In this document: positions 51,581-64,000 of the stretch, in pieces
How the letters are laid out: every line of letters starts with the position of its first letter
How positions within the stretch are numbered: position 1 is the stretch's first letter
Assembly: GCF_963853765.1 (NCBI RefSeq)
Contig: NC_088860.1
Location: 42,656,001-42,720,000 of the forward strand
Direction of reading: 5' to 3'
DNA: 64,000 nucleotides
Origin: Magallana gigas
Lineage: Eukaryota
Made by a program: the position numbers and the translations under genes
The notes under the pieces: model-generated
Databases searched by the model: none
What the model was told of the DNA's origin: nothing
What the model saw: only the letters and a program-made list of their open reading frames with translations

Positions 51581-51792
51581 CAGGCACGTAGCATCGGGGG
51601 GGGGGGGGGGGCAGGGGGCGCCTGCCCCCCCCCCCCCCCACCACTTTTTCTCGCAGGAAGGAATTTTTTAAAATTTACAGATAAAAAATGGAATAAAAAT
51701 GGAGTTGGCCCCCACACTTTTTTGGGAGTATGTAAAAAATTGATATGAAAATAAGGAAATGAGGAGTGAAATTGAAATTATATAGTTCGCCA

Positions 51793-51823
<31 letters not shown>

Positions 51824-51955
51824 CGGATTAGGATTTTGAAGATTTTGGGAAACTTATTACTTTCCCTTTTTTTTTTTTTTTGCTTGTCAAGATTTTTTTG
51901 ATGAGTCTGCCCCCCCCCCCCCCCCCCCACTTTCAAAAACGATGCTACGTGCCTG
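51581..51955. mobile_element. Poly-G/C-rich MITE with perfect TIR and 5-bp TSD
   Basis: 16-bp TIR CAGGCACGTAGCATCG / CGATGCTACGTGCCTG, flanked by CTTCA on both sides. Confidence 0.9.
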
Positions 51956-52153
51956 CTTCAAACATTCTTTCTCAGATTTTTTAAGAATGGTAACGAATTT
52001 CTAAACACGTGTTGAACAAAAATCTTACACCTGAAAGAAAATAGTATCTGGTCCTTATAATGTAGACCATGTTTTTCTGTTTTAAATCATTTAGCAAAAT
52101 TAAGGTCGAACATAAATCTCAAATTCTAAAATCAGACAGAAGGACCTCCTCCG

Positions 52154-52182
52154 GTTGCTCGCAACGAGATCGTGTCTATAGT
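52154..52182 (+). mobile_element. Possible degenerate Helitron-like 3' end
   Basis: Hairpin GTTGC-TC-GCAAC followed about 10 nt later by CTATAGT (CTAG-like). Confidence 0.3.
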
Positions 52183-53637
52183 TATAGAATTCTTATTGCT
52201 ACAATGTATCTCTGACTTAAATCAACTCTATAAATATTATTAAATTGTGTTAAATCTTACTGGTGTTTTCATTTCAAGTGTTGACTATTGTTCAGGAATC
52301 CACTTGGGTTGATTTTTAACTAAGTCAGCATTCGATCACAAGAGTTATTGCCCTTGTCGTACTGGTTTTGTTTTTTTGGTGTTTTTTTATTATTATTATA
52401 ATTTTTACAGAGGTATTTGACTTATTTGAGCCCTGTTTATATAATAGGTTTTGCATTTCTTATTTTTCCGGATTTCAATTCCGGAAGACTTTAATTTTAG
52501 TAGGCAAGAAATGTTTCCTACCTGCGTACATCAGTGAAACGAAAACGTAAATTCATAGTAAGTTAACTGGTAGTCGTAAATTATTTCAGAGCTTAATTGA
52601 CCCTTTTTGGTACAGGGTCCTGTACCCTTTCAATTGGGAATTTTTTGTCGAAATATTGCTGTTTTGAGAAAAAATTTAACATATATGGCTCAATGCAATT
52701 TAGCAAAAAACGAAAATCCTATACAGTTTTCTTGATTTTCATTTGCATAATATGTTTTACGGTGTGACCGTTGGGGCGAGCGCAGAAGGAACCACGCATC
52801 TGTCATCATTGTTAGATGCAACCCGTGGACTTGCCCTGACCAAAAAACTTTGGCTTTGTCTCGAAAACTTTTACTACCGCAAGAAACCCGAAATTATCAA
52901 ACTTTTATTCCAATGGCCCCTTCCTAGTCTTATACACTTAAACAAACTTCCACTGAGCATTAATAAAATGTTAATACAGACTTACATTGTATTAAAATAT
53001 TTTGATAAACACAACGCCGTTTTTTTTATGTAGATACAATTATGTTTTATCTTTTCTTTACCTTTTAATAATGATCATTAAAATCAGTAAAAATAAATTT
53101 TGTCTGTTATTTCTCATTTTGTTCCTTGTTGTAACCCGTGTTTTAATTATTTTCCTCAGTGACATTAATTTTGTTTTAAATCTTTTTAATTTTTGTACGC
53201 TATATAAGCGTTGTAGACATGTGCCCTCACCCCTTTCTTAGTGTGTGATATCCAATATTATTTGACCACATATGCAACTATAAAACAAATACATGTACCG
53301 GTAGATATTTTAACAGTTTAATTCTTTTCATTTATCTATTCATTACAAAATGACGTGGCTGCACGTAGATCTAATAATGATTAGACTTTTCTTTCTTAAT
53401 AATTTTTTGTCACCTACCTAACGTATGCATACTAGTATATGATTGGATCAATATGACAATAAATTTAGCATGGAACTTGCATGTGTATTTACTAAGCAAA
53501 AAAAAAATCATCAAAACAAAACTAATCAGCCAAAGAGTCACCGTTAACACTGATACTGAGTACTTCCTACATGATCCAGTACATATGCTTGATCCACCTC
53601 TAAATGTATCGCGGGAAATTAAAACGCGAGATCTTTG

Positions 53638-53751
53638 TGACGTCATAGTTAACATTCTTTTGCGCTCGACAGTTTTCGTAAATTGTCGGACAAATTCGGA
53701 GAAGGAAATGACGTCATATGTCAGCAAAAGTTCATTTTTTTTTACGTAAGC
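53638..53751 (+). promoter_or_regulatory. Candidate NKAP promoter / non-coding exon 1 with two perfect CRE palindromes
   Basis: TGACGTCA at 53638-53645 and 53709-53716 in a CpG-rich patch; donor-like AC|GTAAGC at 53746; the first coding exon has an acceptor at 55724-55725, so an upstream UTR exon is required. Confidence 0.45.
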
Positions 53752-53922
53752 TTATGTGTTGTTTACTGTAATGTTTTTAGAAGGATTTTTTTTAATTTTT
53801 AAATGAAAATGATGTATGCGATGTAGAGGTAAGAATTTTCCGTAGAAACACTTTCTGTTCCACCATGTTGCTATGCACCGCAAAGGATCACTGGGATAGT
53901 AGAATGTTTTCACGTGGCCTCA

Positions 53923-54045
<123 letters not shown>

Positions 54046-54555
54046 TTACTAATTAAATTAATGCTTTAATCATGGTAAATTATAAGTAACAGAACACTCT
54101 GATATTTTAATTGACATATATAAGGATGTGTCACTCAGTTTAGCATCAAAAACAGCATCCTTTCTTTTATAAAACAATACGAAACATATTTTGGGAATTT
54201 TTCAATTAGATTTTGGAATAAAAGCAGTCAATTTTCTATTGGTAGTGGGTTCTTTTACAGGACAGGCATGCAAGGAATATTATGCCCTGTATTCTCTCTA
54301 TAATTCATGACATCAAATATTTTAATGCATCACTGTTTATGCCACACAATACTACGTGTGCAAAATTCCTTACCACATGTTTATATACTATTTTTAGAGA
54401 AAAATATTACCCAACTCTAACTCCTTTACCCCTTTTGATCTGATACCAATCAATAGGAAAAAATTAAAATATATCTATTAATTTGCTCTTCCTATGACGT
54501 TATTCGTGGATCAGGAATTTTTCTCAGGGGGTCCAATGGATATTTTTTGTTTGAG

Positions 54556-55056
54556 CAGAGACATAAATATTAACAGAGATTGGCAACTCTGCCATTAGTG
54601 TGTTTTGTTGTTAAAATTATGGTGCGAGACCAACCTTACTTTGAGAACTACATTTTAATAAACTGAGATAATGCATGATCTTATTAATAAACCAAAAGTA
54701 TATTGTTTTAATGAAAAGTGTGCATAGGTTTTAGACATTTTTTAAACGAAAAATGAGATTAATATATAGAAAATATATTGGCCAGCTATAAAACATCGGT
54801 GAAATCTCGGACGATGGGTAGCCAACTACCTCCTAAAACTCCTCTTTTAATATTGTTTATATGACATAAAATCATGAAAATATAATATTTTGAATGTTTT
54901 GGTAATAGGTTTTGGTAATAGGTTTTAGCTGTTATATTTCAATATAATTGTTTATTAGAAAGATATACTGATTTAAACTGGGAACACTTTACAATGGGGA
55001 CCGCGGGATTTCACGAGATTTCGATCAATTGCCAATCTCTGTTATTTCTGTCTCTG
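54556..55056. mobile_element. 501-bp TIR element with about 7-bp TSD
   Basis: TIR CAGAGACA(T/G)AAAT..AACAGAGATTGGCAA at both ends; flanks GTTTGAG / ATTTGAG. Confidence 0.75.
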
Positions 55057-55753
55057 ATTTGAGGCATCTTTTGTTAACTTTACTTCATGAATCAAAGGGG
55101 CGTTTGTCAAGACCATAGGTCAACAATTAGTAGTAAAATTCATAACTTTTTTATCTTCAGAGGGCCCTAGTGGTGCATATTTAGAAAGATCTTGAATTTA
55201 AGCTCAAAATTTTAGACTTCATAGTCCTCATTGCTAGATCTAAGACAAGGTAGTAGGGAGATCCCTATCAAATTATATAAATGTATAGTTTTGACCTTTG
55301 AGGCTAGGTTTTGACTTCAGAATGAAGCTTTAAAAATGCGTTTACAAGATTCCCTGATAACTGTACAGCCTGTGGGACTCTTGAGCAGATTTCATTTTGT
55401 TCCAGGTTACTTACCTGTGTCTGTTAACTTAATGGATTTCTTACCGACTCAGATTAAAAAAATCTTTAATAATTTTACTTTTGAGATTGACTATCTTACT
55501 TTGAGACTGCCCCAACAACATGCACAACCTTGTCTTACTCTCACAATCAGATTTAATGTAAACATGTTGATGTTTACACAATTGAACACACTCAGTGTTA
55601 GATTCTGAATTCTTCTATTCTCAATGTTGAAGAAATTGAGAGGTTTTAAAAATTAATAAGAGTTTTCAAAATTTATTTTCTTATTTATGAATTACTTATC
55701 ATGCATGAAAAATTATTTTTATTAGATATACCTGTAAGCCTTTTACGCACATT

Positions 55754-59873
<4,120 letters not shown>

Positions 59874-59897
59874 ATATCAGCAGATATCCACAGATAT

Positions 59898-59984
59898 CAA
59901 GAGAGAGAAGAAGATCCTTATGCAGAATATCCTTATGCAGAAGAAGACGATTCAGAAGAAGACAGAAAATAAACAGTCTAGATA
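59898..59984 (+). repeat. Degenerate duplicate of the NKAP CDS end in the 3' UTR
   Basis: CAAGAGAGAGAAGAAGATCCT...GAAAATAAACA..TAGATA mirrors 59804-59878. Confidence 0.85.
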
Positions 59985-60260
59985 AATATCATAAAATGTC
60001 TGTAGATATCACCAGATATCCCAAGATAACAATGCTGAGTGTGATTCATGAAATAGGTGCATTTAAATCTGATCTTTATTTTTTTTAAATTGGAAGTTTT
60101 AGCGAAAAATTTCACCAAACTCTGTTCCACGTTGTTAACTTGAAAGGAAAATTACACAAATAATTTTGAATCTACCAATAGACCTTAGAACTACAATGTA
60201 AGCACTGTATTAAAGAAAAAATATACTTCTTGGAAAACATCATTTGTATGTAAATATGAA

Positions 60261-60266
60261 AATAAA
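60261..60266 (+). terminator. Candidate NKAP polyadenylation signal
   Basis: AATAAA about 390 nt after the stop. Other AATAAA occur at the CDS end and in its duplicate. Confidence 0.45.
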
Positions 60267-61202
60267 GTTATTAAAATAATATTATTACAAGAACACTGTT
60301 GATAATTCTTTTATTTGGGACTCACAAAAATTAGTGTCTTTGTAATCATTCTATTAAAATACAGCAGCTTGAGATTCATGTATCACGTGTGTTGTGTGGA
60401 TCCATGATCAAAGAAACCATATACACCAGTAGTAAAAAACCATTGGATTTTGAGGATATTATTTTATTTGTAACGTTTTTTGGTTGTTAGAAGAATCTCT
60501 TTGTTGGTTAGTGCTAATGGTTTATATACAATTGCAATCTATGAACAAACAGTGAACATGATTCAAGTTATGTACATGAAATGAATTTAAAAATCTATTG
60601 CAGTAGCTTCACAAATAATTATGTATAGCACTTCGTGCGTTCAATCCCATTTCCTTTTCAGAATTGTGTTTCCGCTATGCTTCCTTCGCTTGCGTAACTA
60701 ACCTTCTTGCAAGAGAATGGTTCCAATGTATCCATTGTTCATAAATTTTCCGAGTTATTTCCCTTTGAGAATTTACCTCACGGACAAACCTTACCTAATT
60801 TAAACGCAGATAAAGAGCGTTTCTGTAAATATCAAATGATGCTCTAACAAGAGCTTGTAAAATAGCCCAGTGTGCCTGAAGGTAACTATTAGTACATCTA
60901 TAAAACATTTTACTAAATGTATTCTCATCAAAATAATTCCTATCAAGAAATTTGAAATGCTTGCACTTGTTTGTTGTCGTACCCTATAGACACTAGTCCT
61001 CTTGCCAAGACGATTTAGAAAGGACATTCTTATAGAACATGCCTTCACACCATAATGAAATTGTAAAAGACTTGTACATGTCTAGAAAACGTCATTTTCA
61101 TTATTGGATATCAAAATATTCACACATGTTGTATAATTATGATAATTGTGCATGACAAAGTCTTGCACTACACAAGAAAGAACAGGTACTGCTTGTTAAA
61201 TG

Positions 61203-63971
61203 TTAGTCTTCTAGCCAATCATTGGTAGTCCTTCGGAGAAATTGTAACTGGGGGTTTTTCATTAGCGTGTAGACCAGATGCCAGCGGTGTCTAGCTAAGG
61301 CCTTCTTTGACATTTGGTTGTCCTTCCAGAATGCATTTCCTGAAAAAAAAAAGATCTTTGAATTTTTTGATGGGGATCAATAATTTATTTTTCCAGGGTA
61401 AATGATCTTGGAGATAATTTGAATAACATTCTCTGATTCAGCAAATTAGGGTTGTTGCAGTATACTTTGTAAACATTGTAAAATGCATTTGTAATATATG
61501 AGCCTTTCTCACCAAGTTCTGCAATATGAACTTCTCCCTGAGCAACGGATGCTTTTAAGCTCAATTTCATTTTTCTCCATTTTGGTTCGAATCCACTGGG
61601 TCTGGCAAGGAGCAGACGCACAAAAGTTAACAGAACCGGATGTGACGTCACATTTTCAAAATGAAGAAATCCCACATAAGCTCGAAAACCTTTTTAAAGC
61701 AAAAAAAATAAAACAAAAACAAAAGAAAACCTACTAGTTATTAACAGATTATCAAATAACTATGTATTTAATGACCTTTGAGCTTCAAGAAGTTTGCTGG
61801 CATTAATATTGATAACAGGGAACGTTCATTCAAAGTTAAGATGTATTGTATACTTTGGTTGAAGAGTAAAAATGGATCAAAAACTTGATATAATTCCTGC
61901 TATTTGTTATCAATGTTTCTTTTTGCATGTCAACTGATTTTAAAAAAGTTAAAGAAGAAATTATGTCAAAATGTTTAAAAACAAGGCTGCATGTTAATTG
62001 ATTTCTCTGTCGAAGTGTATTTATTGTTGGTTCTGTTGTTTATACCTGTATCCAGAGTCTCGAACTCCCGGGACAGAGAGCTGTGGTCCAGTCTGGCCAG
62101 GGTCAGTGCCCCCAGGGTGACGGCCTTCAGGAGGCGGTAGGGACATCGCATGGACCCGATAATGATGTCCAGGATAAACGTAAAGTACAGGAACAAATGG
62201 TAGCCTTGTCTGTTATAATGAAGAGTAAACTTAGAAAAAGATGGTAAGCTCGTTCTACATAGCAGAATACACTAGGTGGTAACTAGCCTTTTCCAATAAA
62301 ATGCACATTAAGGAGTAGATGGTAGCCTTGTTTGAATTGAAAAAAAATAGACTATGGAACATTAATTTATTATGAATGTCGCATAAAAAAGAACTGACTT
62401 GTTTTGTATGGCCATAACTCTGCCCCTATTCTGCAGGAAGACGAATCTGGCTGTCAGGATCTGTAGAATCCGGACCAGGAACGAGAATACGATCATAGGC
62501 CTGAAAACCGAAAGTGTTCCGTTAACATACTGTATACGTGGAAATATTCGCTCCGTTTTATTTTCGCCCCATTTGCCCTCACAGTCGTCGGGCGAATTTA
62601 AGACTGATCGAATTCCTTGGTTTCAATATACATGTAATTATATCTTTTATAACAAAATTGTGTCTGGGCGATTTCAAGACAGGAAGAAACTGTGTAAGTG
62701 TATAAAAGGGCGAAAATTATACTGGGCGAAAATTACCCTGTATACAGTGACAAAATTACTATGTAACAGCAGGGTGTTATTTATTCAGAGAGTACTATTA
62801 GGATTGACGGCCAAAGTTTTGATACAATTTATATAATTTTTTTTTATTAACTAGTGTTTAACTTAATACGAGTAAGTCATGATACATATGTACTAAGTCT
62901 TGTAATGTACTAACGTACATGTATGACCTTTGACAAAATAAAGCTTTGTTTATGGTTAAATATGAACATAAACCAATCCCTGGTTTTGTAGTCCCGTAAC
63001 CTCTAACATAATCCTAGTCGGACTGATTGGACTGTTACCTTGTCCCGAAATATAAAAGAAATATCCTTGAATTATAGTAACGTGACCTTGACCTACACAT
63101 ACGAACTTTATCCTTCGCCCTTTATGACCTCTCGTTTAGGTGTTTAAACATTACTATATAAATAGTGCCTGTTTGGGAGGGTAACAGTTGAAATTGACAC
63201 CCCGAGAAAACCATTGTCAACCGACGCGAAGCGGAGGTTGACAATGGTTTTCGAGGGGTGTCAATTTCAACTGTTATCCTCCCAAACAGGCACTATTTAT
63301 TTTGTTATACTGAATGTCTTTTTTAAAATTTTTAAGAAAATTTTACTGCTTTTATATAGGAATAACGTGAATTCTACAGCGAACCGTACGCGCATAATTT
63401 TCGCGCATGTAACATTTTTTAATGTTACCCGTTGCCAAGTGCGTTGCTAACGCTGAGGGTAATAGTAAATATTATTAACTGCGTCTTAACCAATCAGATT
63501 TCAGTATTTAACATGAAAGTATAACAAAAATAATATATCAACTTTTAAATATGCATACAAGAAAAAATAGAAAATTAAACTTTTAAATCAAATTCTTTTT
63601 TGCTTTCCACAGAGATGGATTTAAGAAATGAAAGTCGATGAGTCGTCCATCAAAAAACTGTCAGCGGGTTTGAGCATACGTACCATATCTTTTTCAAGAT
63701 GGCGATAAATGGGCCCTCACGTTTGTACTTTATTATGATGAACACCAAGGATATTCCGAAGGAAGAAAGAAACAAAAGCGTAATCTGCATCATGTACGCT
63801 GAAATTTTCAAAGTTCAGTATTACAGAGGTATCAAATTTGATATATAGTTGTTTCTTATTTTTTTCTGACCGTTTCGTCTAGGATTTGTTTAATTAAGCT
63901 TTGAGAATAATACTAAAATTACCAAAAATTATGAATCCTATCTGGTACCCTGCAAACCGCATGCTACCAAC
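61203..63971 (-). CDS. STRA6-like: STRA6/RBPR2-like receptor, last six exons (C-terminal 247 aa; 5' part lies beyond the window)
   Basis: Exons 63923-63971, 63684-63798, 62399-62500, 62046-62209, 61513-61689, 61203-61339; GT-AG with consistent phases. The protein VGSMRFAGYQIG...WPM...ARFVFLQ...YHLFLYF...RLL...LARLD...LDTGFRAYVGFLHFE...HPVLLTF...ARHRWHLVYTLMKNPQL.FLRR follows STRA6/RBPR2 motifs (AYQ, WPF, VFL, LDPGY, HP..F, RW.L.YTL..NP.L). Confidence 0.9.
62528..62749. mobile_element. Degenerate TA-type MITE in a STRA6-like intron
   Basis: TA + CTGTATAC ... GTATACAG + TG; internal GGCGAAAAT repeats. Confidence 0.6.
63158..63300. repeat. 143-bp palindrome (65-bp arms, 3 mismatches, 13-nt loop)
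   Basis: Left arm 63158-63222, loop GACGCGAAGCGGA, right arm 63236-63300. Confidence 0.95.
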
Positions 63972-64000
63972 CTAAAAATATATACAGTTTTAAATAAGAT

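Noticed and set aside
61385-61512. Read-through of STRA6-like exon into an alternative tail (…VYCNNPNLLNQR…) with an NPxL-like motif
   Set aside because: A canonical G|GTGAGA donor at 61513/61512 and the downstream exon 61203-61339 give a much better family match. The resemblance is probably chance; intron-retention reads would be needed to revive it.

Overview
Eukaryotic, AT-rich metazoan DNA with spliceosomal introns and two short N gaps. The repeat types and gene content suggest a bivalve, probably an oyster (inference). Four host genes are supported: (1) a 1,357-nt minus-strand exon (22190-23546) encoding the N-terminus and S1-S6/pore of a cyclic-nucleotide-gated channel, whose remaining exons I could not find in the 22 kb downstream; (2) an intronless RING/B-box/B-box/coiled-coil TRIM gene (44692-46788); (3) NKAP, with 8 coding exons and 434 aa (55754-59873); (4) the last six exons of a STRA6/RBPR2-like receptor (minus, 61203-63971). 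The most striking element is a young 4.0-kb Ty3/gypsy-type LTR element (39596-43612). It has near-identical LTRs, a 4-bp TSD, PBS and PPT, but no RT, RNase H or integrase. Its Gag-protease runs in frame into zinc fingers, and one extra base would give a single 841-aa Gag-PR-ZnF-acidic protein. Other notable structures: 13 tandem copies of an exon end plus 5' splice site inside an NKAP intron, a 2.8-kb 20-bp minisatellite with a four-state variant code and 851/271/391-bp higher-order repeats, a 143-bp palindrome capped by GCGAAGC, two LINE 3' fragments and many MITEs. All gene models and family calls were made by eye and from memory; no database search was run.
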